A DNA stretch of 64,000 nt. Origin: Antedon mediterranea (Eukaryota; Animalia; Echinodermata). The DNA lies in NCBI RefSeq assembly GCF_964355755.1, contig NC_092678.1, positions 12,026,352 through 12,090,351 on the forward strand, read 5' to 3'. Below the pieces are notes generated by a model. That model was not told the DNA's origin. It did not search any database and saw nothing but the letters and a program-made list of their open reading frames with translations. Positions 39,230 to 52,618 of this stretch are shown piece after piece. Both the position numbers and the translations under genes were made by a program. Each line of letters opens with the position of its first letter. The first letter of the stretch is position 1.

Positions 39230-40810
39230 AAATTGAAGTCCATGCAAGCTTCCCGCCATCTGCAAAATGATAAAGCTACTAGGGCATCATTGGCTATGTG
39301 AAGGTATCGTGAAAAACTCAAAACAAACCCTGCATTGTATAAAGCTAAAAAAGAAGAAGAAAAGAATCGCAGTAGGAAAATGCTACAAAGGCAAAAAAGA
39401 ACAAGGGAAACAACCAGAAACAGAATTAGAATGAAAAGACAAAGAAATAAAGAAAATTACAGAAGCATTGAACCAGGAGCTGAAAAATCAATGGTTATTA
39501 CCAGGCAGGCCCAAGAAAAAAGGGAAGAATTAAGAGAGTATAAAAGACTTAAAGAAGCAAGAATCCAGAAGTAGAATAACAGCACAGAAAAAAAAGACGC
39601 GAGCGAGAGAGAAACCGTACAAGAAATGAAGAAGAAAGAAAAGAAAGAAAATAGTAGAAATTAAGCAAAGAATTGAAACTGAAAGAGAATCACAAAGCTA
39701 ATCATTGGTGAATGCTCCTACAAAGGCTGCATCTAGAATAAAAAAACAACTTCCAAAGGGGTCAACAAAGTATGCCGAAGTGATCAATCATTTAACGTCG
39801 CACACAACACCCAGAAAACGAGAAGCTCTTGACAAAATTCAGGGTCTAACCAGAGTAAAGAAGCAGTTGAATAATATGTATCAGTGTCTCCGTGATGTAA
39901 AATCCGCTGTACGAAAAAGACATTTAGCATCACTTCCACGAAGAAATTTCTATAAACATTCTTGTAAGGAAGGGTCTTGGAATTTCATGGTTTGAAACAA
40001 AGCAGTTCTCCCAAGATGATGCTGATGATGGCCGTAAATCTAGGAAAGATAAATTGTCTAATTGCACTATACAGTTTGTTATCAATTATCAAAGGCCAGA
40101 TAACTCAGTGGAACTGCCAAACAAGAAGTCTGTAGACAGAGCACAACAGCCAAGCAGGGTGGCCCAAAGAAGCTTTTGATGCCCAGTGTAGTTTGAAGAG
40201 ATTGTCTGAGACTGCAGATCCCATAACCTACCTCAGAGAAGACATTTCTGACACGGGGAGGCTTGCGCTGCTCAACCTGGAGTTGACTGTGGCAAATGAG
40301 AAAGCCTACAAAAAGCTTCTGCAAAGTTACATCGCAGCTCTTATTGAGAACATAGACCAACGATTGGCAACATCGTTACCAATTCTATCAGCTTTCAACT
40401 CTCACAGTTGCGGAGTCGAAAGTCCTAGCCTAAAGAAACAATAAACATGGTGCTGAACTTCTACCAGTCGAATGCTGTTATCCTTCAAGATAAACGTTTT
40501 ATCAGCAAGAAAACATTAAATTTCTACAACGATCAATTTCTCTTTATTCAAAATTTAAAGAAGCCCATCCCACCCTAAAAATTGGACTGAAGACATTTTT
40601 TTCTTTAAGACCAGTGCATATCAAACCTATGAGTGCTATGCGAGTACGCGGATGCCTGTGTGAGTATTGCACGAACATTGAACTGAAAATCCAGGCAATC
40701 AATGGTGCCCGACAAGCTTTGCCCAAACACTTCCAAAATGATGATGTGTCTGCTCTGCTCTGCTCAGTGAAACAAATTTTTCAAGCAACTGATGTCATTA
40801 TACAGTAGGA
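39230..40810 (+). mobile_element. Sola2-like transposase N-terminal relic
   Basis: Basic coiled coil, KAASRIKKQLPKGSTKYAEVI...TPRKR, and FKEAHPTLKIGLKTFFSLRPVHIK...CLCEYCTNIELK. Confidence 0.65.
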
Positions 40811-42150
40811 CAGGTATACATCTTATTTGTGTTTAATGTTGTAAAACTATATATTCTTTAGTCATATCCTAAAAAAAGCAACTCTGTGAAGAATTTCTAA
40901 ATTTAAGAGTAGGGACATGGCGTCCCCTGATGATTTTGTTACATCAGTGACAACAATTTTCAACAGTAACCAAAATTAGTTGTAGAAAAAATATATCTTA
41001 TTTGTATTTGGTGCTATTATTAAACTATGTTTTACTCATGTTATTACCAAAGAAGTCAACTCAATTACTTTATTTTATAATATATCAGATGAATTTGATT
41101 AAATGCTCAATTTGTCCGAAAATTTTACTCAACTTCTTGTAATCTTTGTTTTGATTTTTCTGATTTTCATTAAATAGGACTTAATGTCTCTTGTGTTTTT
41201 ATATAAACTTATGCCAGAAGACTATTCAGAACCATTGAAATAATCTATTAACTAACAAATATGATGGTGTCTATTTTTATAAAAGAGAAATGGCATCCCT
41301 CGTTACATCATTAAACTAGATGTAATTGTGTTCTGTTTAAACCCATTCTGTCCTTTAGATTGAAGTTGTATGTAAAAAACTCCTACTATTTATGAAAGTA
41401 TAATAGTTTCCCCATTATAAAAACATCAATATTTGTAAACTCAATGCAACTTCAATTTTCACTACCAGTGTCACACTTTGTATCCCAACATGGTGGAATT
41501 CATGACCCAGTATTCAATCCAGTCATTCTCCCAGTAAGAGCATCACAAGAATTCTACAACTACGGTTTGCCTGAAATTAAGGAGATTTCCAGCTATCTTT
41601 CTGCCCATGTGAGCTTCTATTTTTGTTTAATTTTCACATTTGACAATACAGTACTGTTGTGAATCATTATCTTGATTAACATCTTGTTTAAAAAACATAT
41701 AATTATTTTAAATGTTTGTTATGTAGGATGAAGATGTCATGAAAGAGATGGCTGATGAATGGCAGAAATTAAAATACAACATGGATGACTGGAAGACTGT
41801 TGTATCACGACATTTGACCAGTCCAGCTGAAGTCACAGAATGGTGCATGCTAAGAATTTTGAAGCTGTGTATGGCAAACTTTTTCCCTAGAACAATTTAT
41901 CTAGTGGAGAGTATTTTATGTATACCAGAGTATCAAATGCCTGGCCAGAGAGAGGTGTGACTAAAGTTAGACTGGTAAAGACAAGATTGAGGAATCAACT
42001 AAAGAATAAACATCCTGAATGCACTACTCTCAATATCTATAAATGGACCAGCTTTCTATACACCAGACTGTGATAATGTCATTGCTGATTCTGTAAAGAC
42101 CTGGTTACAAGTAAAGCAACGCAGAAAAGTACCTAAAAGGACAACTGTCC
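40190..42150 (+). mobile_element. hAT (ZNF862-like) transposase C-terminal relic
   Basis: YIAALIENIDQRL...ILSAF, then VFNPVILP...YGLPEI, then EWQKLKY...VSNAWPERG...VKTRLRNQL...ISINGP. Confidence 0.7.
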
Positions 42151-43368
42151 ATGATCTTGTTGGTGATGAACCGAAACAACTAAAGAAAGCAATCCAAACT
42201 CTGAATCTATCTCTAGATGATAGCAGTGATATTTATTTTGGAAACAGTACTGATAGATGGCTACAAAAATACATTCTAATCAACTTCTCTAAATTCTGCA
42301 TTAAATAATGGAAAATTTAGGGAAAGAAAAAGGGATAATTGTATTTTACATGTGGATGGTATTCTTGACATAACACTCGATCTGAGGACAGGTACCTTCC
42401 ACCCATACACCAAACCAAACAATACGCCATTATTATGTACACCGTGAAAGTAATCATCGGCCAACAATATTACACAATATATTACCACTAGCAATAAATA
42501 AATCTAATCCGATAGAACAATGGTATGAGTTAATACTATTACATGTTGAAAAAAAAATTGCAAAAAATTAAAATATGTGTGACATTAAAATACAGTGACA
42601 ATGACATCAGAGTTTTAAAAATATACTACAGCAATAGTTATTTTGTATTTATTTATCATCATAACACTAGAGTACTGTACAAAGCAACGTTATATTATAA
42701 GCTAATTACAATTTCCCATGATTTTTTGTTTCCCACACAACGGTCCACGACGTCCAGCATCACAATGTAACATTTCGTGTCTCACTTTGTTACGTTGTTA
42801 GTACGATCTTTATTATTGAACAGACGCAAGAAGTACCACTATAATGATGAAAATCGAATTACATTCACTACAACTGATCACTGAAATTTACCTTACACAA
42901 TGTTCTACAAAGTTCGTTACAGAAAAAAAACTATTTTGTTAGAACAATTCGTGTCTCGTATATTCGTTACGTAGTTATTCATAGACCATCGGTGGTGAAC
43001 GCCGCAAGAGCTATTTTTAAAGTTGAAGGTCATGTGATTCAAGAAGCAGACGAACAAATAATGGCGAAAAAATAATTGCTAGGATCCGCGCTAATTTCGA
43101 GTTACAGCGGTAGAGACTTTTCGTGTCCCTATGTTACGTTGTTTCAACTGTTACGTTGTAAATAACTTCTACGCTCTTCATTGCATGGAAGTTTTGTGTA
43201 TTTTTATTTTGTTAGTTTTTGGAATTTAGAAAATAGTGGGTTATAATGAATAATACAAGAAAATTGAACACCAAAGCTATCTTCGTACTCTAACATCAAC
43301 ATCATAGTCAAAAACTGGGTGTCGTATACACAATAAGACACGGTTACGTTGGTAGTTTGTTGATACTA

Positions 43369-44111
43369 CAGTCGACTCCGCCTAAGTCGAATTCGCGTAA
43401 GTCGAAAAATCGCGAAAGTCGAATTTTTATGAAAGTCCCAATTCTTTCCTATACATTACTGTGTAATTTTTATTTGTAAGTCGAATTTTTCTAAGTCGAA
43501 ATTCGTCTAAGTCGACGTCTTTTTGCGGTCCGAATACACACATTCTTTAGTGATTTATATCGTATAAGTCGAAGTCACAAATCACGCGGCAACAACGCGC
43601 TAAAAAAGTCGATGAAACGTACGTAATTCGATAAACAAACGACAGAGGAGATAATGTGGGACCATATCGGTTCTCTCAAGCAGGTTGTATAGTATAGGTG
43701 GCGTCCTACAACTCGCGCTAGTGTATAGTGTATGAGTTGTTTCAGAGTTGAGAACTTGAGCGGCGTTTTGTGGGTACCCATTTTGTGCTAGACAGATGGC
43801 AATAAACAATGGATACCGATTTCGAATAAGAACCGAAATGTATTTATTATACGTTTTCGTATTGTTTCGGGCTTAAACCATAAAAGAAAATACAGTTTAT
43901 CGTTGCCGATAAAAGAGGCTTAGCATTTATTAGGCCTAGCTAGCTAGCTAAGCAAACTCAATTCAAGAAGGCTCATCGCGTGGGCCGCGATCGCGACAGG
44001 GCAGGGTCTAGCCTAGGCATAGCATTTTTTTTGCAAATCTGTAAGTCGAAGTTCGCGTAACTCGAATTTTTATACCGGTCCCATTAGATTCGACTTAGGC
44101 GGAGTCGACTG
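43369..44111. mobile_element. Tc1/mariner-pogo type MITE
   Basis: Perfect TIR cagtcgactccgcctaagtcgaat with TA TSD, plus many internal taagtcgaa repeats. Confidence 0.92.
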
Positions 44112-45180
44112 TATATAGTTTTAATTTGGTAGGAATGTTGTTTATCTCATAGCAGCTTCATAATATATACCTAATGAACAGATATGCCTATAATTGATTA
44201 ATATTTAACATAAATTAAATGAGCAAAATTGCAAAACATTTCCCACTAGCTAGGTTACAGCGTAACATAGTAAAAGAGACGCCGTGTCTTGTTACGTAGT
44301 GTACTAGACCTTAAAATGGTGTAGTATTTTGTGACTATAAAATCTTTAAATATTACATTAGTGTTTGCTATTTGGTTATTTCTTCTATTATGACACAGAA
44401 AAATAAAAAGTTATTTAATTATTCTTTTTCCACCCACCCTTGTCATATTTTATATGTTTGATTTCACAAAGACATATACCAATAAAATATGTATTTTCTT
44501 AAATTTGAAACTTGTAGGTTGTATAATTGCCAAAATACTATCTTAAATATGACAAAAAGGCTAATTTGCGATAATATGTGATTTTTGGGCTATTTCGCAA
44601 TAACTTCAAATGACCATAACTCATCAACGGATTGTTCAATTTTTACAAGTGAGATCAGGGCTGAGTGAACCCACTTGCCCGACGCCCGGGACAAGTGGTT
44701 TTTACAGCCGGACAACTATATTTTAGTTACTCTCTTGTCTGCGGACAAGCATTTTCAGAATGTCCATAACTTCCTTATTTACAATAAATAGTACGTTAAA
44801 GGTTTAAATGTTTTAAATGTTAATATTATTTGTCCGACAGAATACTTTTAAACTGTAAATGACTGTCAATCAAACGGAAACCAGGCTTTAAAAAGTTTCT
44901 TGTGCGCAAAAAAGAAAAACACTTAACAAAGGGTTCGTCTCAAACTAGCGGATTGATAGACATATCCATAGTGTGTAGGTAAGATGATCCCTGAATTATC
45001 AGAAAAGTTTTTAATTGAATTATAACTGTTGCAGCGGGTTTTGCAAGTACAGTACTAACTACTACTCTAGTGCATGAATTAATGATACAGTTTTCTAAGA
45101 ATAAATTAATAATTATGATTTGTACTCGCTGTTCAATAGTGTATTTTAATTTTCTTACATTTATTATTTATACTTTATAG

Positions 45181-48100
45181 GGAAACCAACCAACCTGCAG
45201 AAGAAGTAGATAATGCTCCAATCCTGAAGGCAATGAGAGCAATAAATGAGGAGGCAAGAAATCGCCTAAAGATTTTGTTTAATGTTGTGTACATGTTAGC
45301 AGCAAATGCACATTCATTTAGACTAGACAAAAAGTAGTGAGCCCTCTAGCGGTCATTTGTGATTTCTGAGATTCATCGAAGCGCGACAACATCACCCGGA
45401 AATGATGTGAATTTAAAATTTTAATAGGGGTTAAACTCTTTTAACCAATTGAAAGCCTTAAATTATAGTTCCTTATGAATAATTCATGAGAATAATTAAA
45501 GCAAGGGTTGAAGAAGCATGTGACTTGGTTTTTGGAACAGGATAGCAGTTATGATCGTGTCAGGTAATCATTGAATTTGCTCTTCTTTTTGTTAGATTTT
45601 ATACGGTTTTTATCAATAATAATATTGTATATTTTTACGAGACCATAACAAAATTCCTCAATTTTTGAGTAAACGAGTGACTAAATAAAAAGTTACTATG
45701 TAATGTAAATATTCGTTTGACAAAAAATGGGCATGTTGATATTTTCAGGTATTTTTTAAATGGCGATTGAAATAGGTAAACAAATCACATGTATAACGGT
45801 GGTTTGTGCGAAGCTGGGCCTAGCCTTGATGGTCCAACTCGTACTGCGTGTTAATCAATGCGTATAAGATACACACGTAGTCGTTTAGGCCAATTTTTTT
45901 ACATGTTTATTTATTAATATTAGGCCCCATTCTCATTTATTTTAATTAATGTACTGAATGTACCACACTTTACAACTCTATATAAATTAGATTTTGTACT
46001 TGTATTAAATTCAAACGTTTTATGGGATTTAAAACATTAAGCTAGGCCTTGTAGTAGGCCTAGGACCACATGCTAGGTTTTTCAGCCTAATTTATCATGC
46101 AGTATACCTAGCCCATCTTTCAAATACATATTTAAATTAACATACTTTTTATATTTCTATATTTTTAATAGGATCTGACTCCAGAAAACATTTGCATCAC
46201 TTGAAAGCGGCTATTTATGGACAGCATGTTGACATTCAAAAAAATTTGACCAGGTCTTATTAATTAAATGTCTTTTAAATTAAAGGTTTTCATTATAATG
46301 AAATGTACGGTGACAGAAATTTAAATGATTCTCATAATTGAGGTTTCTCATAGATTTAATATTGAAGGTAAATAAATAAAGCTGTTTGTTATTCTTGCCT
46401 TTAGAAATAAACATGTTGTTAGTACTATATTATTAGGCCTAGGCCATTATACAAATTAAAACTAAAAAATACAGTAATCATATTTAAGGCCTACACACAG
46501 TACCTTACTTGATATGATTTTTTTCAAATATTTAATTGATGAAATAAATGAGTTTGACTTTTCAATTAGTTGCCATTTTATTAGTTTCTGTGTGTTTTTA
46601 TTTATATTCTTAAAACAATTGTATACAACAACTTTAAAGTATTGCGCAGAAGTGATCGCATTATAGTAGGCCTATTTGTATGTTATTGTCGCTTAAAATT
46701 ATGCAGTTAAAGTATTTGATTTTAGGGTGACAGAAACGGTTAGGCAAGAAAAGAAATAAATTTGGGAATTTTGTTATGCGGTAAAAACAATTAAACATAA
46801 TTTACCCCTAATGCATGTAAATGTAGAAAACATTTGCTTATGTTAGCGCGACCGAAACTCGCTACTGGGAATAGAGCCTGCAAAAGCGACGCGTACACAC
46901 CTACTCGGGCACCGGTGGAGCGCGATCGATAGTAAATATACCCGATTTCAAATGATCATAAAATTCTTTTAAAAAATATCAACATTTTGATTTTTTGAGG
47001 ATTAAAAGTAAAGATATTGAAATTTAACATAATATTTACAAATATGTATTTAAAAATTCGGAAACAATTTTAGCGTGATATTAAAACAAACTTTTTAGAG
47101 TTCCGCGATTTCCTACGCAGGATTTGTTTGTTTTCATTGTTAATGGGCGAATGTTACCTAAACTAGAATCGTTATAAATCTTTTAAATTTGTATTATAAG
47201 TAATTTCTTTAGTATTCTTAGTAACATCGAATGTCTCTAATTAACTAGCAGTTATTTATACTAACTATTGTTCAATAATAAGCGTGTATGAAGTGAAAAT
47301 CTATAGTAATAATGTTCTTAGTCAGTTCGTCTCGTTCGCGTGAAGTCTTCGGGTTTCTCAATACAATTCTCAGCGGTAAAGATAGGCTCGCGCTAATGTT
47401 TAAATCAAAAGCGCTCTCAAAACACTTTTTGTCCAAAATTCGCAATATGACGTGAGTGTGAATGCAAAGCCTCTGAGTGACATGGAGATGAAGTGTGAAT
47501 TAATGAAAAAGGTCGGAGTTGACATCGGAAGTAGATATGGGAATAGATTTAAAGCAAGAGAATTTGTTCATGCACTTGCTGAAACCATGCGGAATGATGT
47601 CAAGAAATTGATAGAAAGGGCCAGCTTCATTACCATAATGGCAGATGGCAGTACTGACAGAACAGTAGTCGAGCAAGAAACCGTGAAGGTACGTTTTGTG
47701 TCAAAGGGTTGTCCTGCTGCAGTTTTAGCTGACCTTGTTCCTCTTGAATATGCGCATGCTGAAGGAGTCTTGGCAGCAATTGTCAAAGGGCTTGGGAGAC
47801 TTGGTCTTCAAATGGACAATTTGGCTGATTTTTCAAAACCGGGACCTACAGCAGTTGCAGCAAATTTTGATGGCGCAGCTGTTATGATGGGGAACCGCAC
47901 TGGTGTTGCAACACGGATCCGAGAAACCATGCCAGCTGTTATTCCCTTTCACTGTGTGGCACATAACCTTGAGCTGGCAGTCCTTGACACCGTGAAGCAC
48001 AATCCAGCAATAAAGAGCTTTGAGCAAATCATAAAGTGGCTGTACACTTTTTACAGCAAATTCAATGCCAAAAACAGACGAGATGTCAAAGCAATTGCAG

Positions 48101-49220
48101 CAGTTTTGGATACAGAATTTGTTCATCTTCCACAAATTAAAGATGTAGGTATTTTTCCCTTAAATATTTAACCAGAATTAAAAATTCATTTTAATGAAAA
48201 AGGAAAAAATTATTTCTAAACGTCTTATTTTAATTTTCAGTAATTACAGTAATAGTCTTTTTCTTCTTGTTCTGTGGTGGAGAATACTACTATGACATAA
48301 TTGTAAAATTAATTTTTTACTAATAATATTAATATACAGTATTTTTTATTTAAAGGAGCAAAATGGTCCGAATATGAAGGAGTTTCTCGAAAACTATGAT
48401 GCAGAGAACAAGTCATTCCTGGCCCATGGAGAATATCCAATGCCTCTGAAAGGACAGTGCCACCTAACAGATTACAAGGATGCAATACTAGGAAACTCCT
48501 AGATGACATCTTGGAATACCTTGATGAAAGGTAGGTACTACTGTTTGTAAATAAATTAATATGAACAAATCAATTTCAATAAATCATATTTAATTTTCAA
48601 GCAAAAAAATACAAATGAATCCAACTGCAGCAAGGGTCTCTATCCCATTTTTAAAAAAAATTAATTTATTTATTAATCAGTGTTAAATATTCTTTTCGTT
48701 GGTAGGTTCGGTAACTTTTGCAGGCAACCATTGAAGGCTTTTAGTGTTTTTAACTTCAGAAGTTGGCCTAACACCCGAGCTGAGTTGGCTGTATTTGGTG
48801 TTGTGGATTTGGAAATGATTCTAGATCATTACCAGCATTATCATATCTGAGGAAGAGCGACAGTCAGCTGTTGAGCAATTTGCTCTATTCAAATCTCAAA
48901 TTAATGCCACCTACAGGAATCAGTCCACACTTTCTGTGTACACCCAATTGTTATTGGATGCTCCGCCTGCCTTTTCCGGTGTTCTGAAAGTGGTGGAGTT
49001 CATGATGAGCATGAGTGTGTCGACAGCATCATGTGAGAGAACCTTCTCTGCCATGAACCTTTTAAAGACAGCTCAGAGAGCTTCAATGAATCAGGACATT
49101 ATGCAGGACTTGATTTTAATTCAACTTGATGGTCGTACCATAACAGAATATGACCCAGAACCTGCTATCGACAACTGGCTGAGGCACGCGTTGGAATATG
49201 ACGTAGTACAACATCAGTGA
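45181..49220 (+). pseudogene. ZNF862-like hAT transposase, split by a 2.15-kb insertion
   Basis: LKILFNVVYMLAANA joins KPLSDMEM...ADGSTD...FDGAAVMMG...HCVAHNLELA, and later VSTASCERTFSAMNLLKTAQR. Confidence 0.85.
45309..47460. mobile_element. Non-autonomous CAC...GTG element with a 4-bp TSD (Chapaev-like)
   Basis: Ends cacattcat / gtgagtgtg, both with an internal gacaaaaagt, and TSD aatg. Removing it restores the hAT reading frame. Confidence 0.65.
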
Positions 49221-49693
49221 AAAAAATGAAAACCAAAAAAAAAAAAATGGAAACTAGAGTTCATTTTACAGAGAAAAAAGATTAGAAAGCAAAGAAAATG
49301 AAAATTCATACTATAATATTGTGCAATAGCGGGACAAGCAATACTTTTTTGGGACAAGTGAATTTTTCAAATGTACTTGTCCGGGGACAAGTGAAAAAAA
49401 ATTAAATTCCCTCACCCCTGGAGGTATTAATTTCTTTCTTTTATTGAGGAATACATGATAGAACTACTCTCAAGACTATACCTGCAAATTAAAAAACAAG
49501 TCATTGTGATACCTAATGTTATTCCAATCACACATTTTTAATTGTTGATTATAGTGTATAAAGAGAGCCGTAATTATGTGCAAACATGTGTTTTATCACA
49601 TGACTGAAAATAAATAAATCTTCTCTTAATTATTGAGTGTTGTTGATAATTTGTTTTAAACCATGAAAAAATCATTACAAAAATTAAAAATTG

Positions 49694-50552
49694 GGCCATG
49701 TAAAAAAAAAAGGTTGTTGATCGTCCTCGCCCAACATCGAAAATCGGCCCGCCTCATTTTTTTTTTTTTTTACCGTGAAAATCCGGGCGAAAATCCCGTT
49801 TTTCAACCTTAGATCAGTCGTTGCGATCGCAAAATTCAGAAATTCATCGCGATTATCTGGCCCTCTATCGATAGTATCAATATGCGCATGTGCAAGATAC
49901 GGGTATCTAGCTTGATTTTGTTTATTTTTTTCGCTAGCGTGCTGGCTTGCTGTACAGCGTGGGTTCTTTTTACACATGATTTGCGAACAATAGATCTTTA
50001 TTGATACGTATTTACGCAGCTTAAATGCCTTTTGTGGTACTTTCTATTACCCGCGAGGGTAGTAGTTCGCCGATTAAAGATAGGTTTGGCTGCGAAGTCA
50101 CGGCTGATGTAACATTATCAGAGTTGTATGTTGAATTGTACACAGGGAAGTTTGACGGTGAATCCGTCGTGGGCGATAGGCCTACGTTGCCTACAGTGTA
50201 CGCCAGCGATAGGAAGCCCGGAAAGGGAGATGGTATGATCAAAGTATCGGCCCAGTCTAAGCTGAGTGACATCGTGGAAAAACTAGGTTCGTTCATTAAG
50301 TTTGTCCAAACACCTACAGTTCCCAAAATTACGATGCCCCTAAATGCTAGGCCTAGTGCATTTGTTGTACCGATGGCAGGCGCAAGCAATTGGAACAAAA
50401 GCTTGCCGCTGAAGTTCAGCAACATTTTGTTGAATCGTTAAACTTTCATGATGCTTTTTTATAAAAAAAAAAAAAAAAAAAAAACCTCCCTCCCTCCCTC
50501 CTGACTTTTTTTAAAAAAAGGACGATCAACAATTTTTTTTTTTTACATGGCC
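49694..50552. mobile_element. GGCC-ended TIR element containing a 138-aa ORF
   Basis: TIRs ggccatgtaaaa...ttgttgatcgtcct / aggacgatcaacaa...tttacatggcc. Flanks are ttg and tta. Confidence 0.75.
50025..50441 (+). CDS. Hypothetical protein fragment inside the TIR element
   Basis: Open, GC-richer, protein-like ORF in an AT-rich context. No family recognised. Confidence 0.35.
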   Translation: MPFVVLSITREGSSSPIKDRFGCEVTADVTLSELYVELYTGKFDGESVVGDRPTLPTVYASDRKPGKGDGMIKVSAQSKLSDIVEKLGSFIKFVQTPTVPKITMPLNARPSAFVVPMAGASNWNKSLPLKFSNILLNR

Positions 50553-51737
50553 TTATACACAATTACAAAAACAAGTAAATTATTTTTTCTTGGTGGTGAC
50601 GATATAGATTATAGTGTACTGACGTACTATTAGTATTACTGACCTTCTGTATTAATCGGCCAAATAATATTAATTATCATTTGCCGCCCTGTGAAATAAA
50701 GTAAGTCGTGTAGACATTACTTTAGTTAAAACTACTAAACTATTCTTATTAATCTCTCCACGATAGGTCTTAATTCGGCTGTGTGAATGTGATTCTATGC
50801 ACGTCTATTCAGGCGATGGGCACATGTAGGCCTATACACCCTTTTTGACAATTAAGGCGTGCCATACATTATTAACGATATTGACGATTCTGGCGGCCGA
50901 AATGAACAATACATATTTCGTCCTTTTTGGCGTTTCATGATTTTGGACGTTTCATAACCGGCGGCTGAATTGATCAAACACTGTGGTCTGTAGTAGGCCT
51001 ACCTAGCCTAGGCCTAGGCCTAGTAGGCCTAGCTAGGCTACTTATTTTTATTTAAGTTAAAAAATAATAATAAACATCTTATCTGTAGTGTAGGCCCTAT
51101 CCCGGGCCCTATCTATCCTCGATCAGGACTTTGGTTGGATTGTTCAGCATCAGCAGGTCGCTTGCTAGGCTAGGGCCGCCTATATCCCATAAGTCAGGGA
51201 GAATCCTCTCTCAGTCTAAGCCGGTGCTGCCTGCCTATATGTCGTGGCGGCGTGGGTCGCTTCTCTTCTTCTTGTTGCTGCTGCAGAAGGATCCAAAACG
51301 TGGTTTTACCATCTAACTAATCCATGCATCCATGTGGTCATCAGTGCTTGTTAGTTGTTAAGACATCAACAACACAGCAGCATGCATACTTCAGCATTTC
51401 AGGCAATTGTGATAATCGAACAGCGCCATGTACGACTGGAAACAAAATTTAAAAAGTATCCGTACGTGAAGATAGGGGTATACAAAGTAATCATTTTTGG
51501 ACATAATTATTTGGACACATCACACCTTTTTTTCAAAACTAGTTTTTAGTGTAGACACAGAGCTTAAGACGGAGTTTGGTAGTTGTATCATATGGAAAAT
51601 CACTCTGGGACAGTTTAATTATCTAAATGAATTAAGACAACCGTTAAATACAGAATAACAAGCACGAATGTGCAATACTCGGGGTACAGCGAAAGAAGCT
51701 GTATACAGACGTATACAGTTAGAAAGTAAAGAAAATA

Positions 51738-51808
51738 GGTTTCGCCAGGGCTCGAACCGGGACCTTCTGCGTGTTAAGCAGACTTGACAACCACTACACT
51801 ACGAAACC
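51738..51808 (-). tRNA. tRNA-Val(AAC)-like, probably a pseudogene
   Basis: GGTTTCG acceptor, TCTGC-TTAACAC-GCAGA anticodon arm and GGTTCGAGCC B box, with D- and T-arm mismatches. Confidence 0.75.
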
Positions 51809-52021
51809 TCTTACATTAAAAATGTGGGTTACAGAAAGTTTTTGAATCCATTTAAATTACAAATAAATGGTAATAAGCACAAAGCAAAATAAACATGTGT
51901 AAAAGTGATAATTACCGATTACACAAAATAAGTATTTTAAAAAATAATAAAAATAAGATATACTCTGTATAATTATCATATTGCGTATACAGTACTTTTC
52001 ACCATAAATTTAAAAAAAAAA

Positions 52022-52093
52022 GGTTTCGTCCGGGCTCGAACCAGGTACCTTCTGCGTGTTAAGCAAACGTGATAACCACTACGCCAAGAATCC
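52022..52093 (-). tRNA. tRNA-Val(AAC)-like, second diverged copy
   Basis: Same scaffold with acceptor-stem mismatches, followed by an oligo-T terminator. Confidence 0.7.
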
Positions 52094-52618
52094 GCATATA
52101 ACCATATAACTACATAACGCTGTGGTGTGTGTCACACATTGTGGCTTCTTAATTAAACAAATTAATTAACAAAAAATTAAAAATCCGGCTCTATAGCTTT
52201 GAGGACATGTCCCTGTAGTATGTTCATGCCAAATCCCAGCTCAATACTATAACGAATAAGGGAGGAGGAGTAGTACTTTAAAAATCGCACTTTTTACTCA
52301 ATAGTGTCCAGATGGAGGAAGAGAAGGAGAAAATGAGTAAGTACTAGACTCGGGTACCCCGAGTAAAAGGTAGGCCTGTGTTAAAACAAATACAAAGGCC
52401 TAAGCACAAGTGAGAGTGAGAGTCTCTTCCTCAAAATTATCAGTGTCAAATCTACAATAAAATTCATTTAATGATTGTGCCAATGTTTTTTAGACATAAA
52501 CTAATAAACATCTGGCACTACTTATTTCATACTATTTGTTTTTGGCACGTGTGGTCTTTTATGTAACGCACTTAAATTGCATATTTACCACCTTCAATTT
52601 AAATTAGACGGGATATTT

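Larger units (their letters stand above)
44656..49420 (+). mobile_element. hAT DNA transposon, degenerate
   Basis: TIR cagggctgagtgaa / ttccctcacccctg (12/14), with subterminal ggacaag repeats at both ends and transposase exons inside. The TSD is not clean. Confidence 0.8.
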
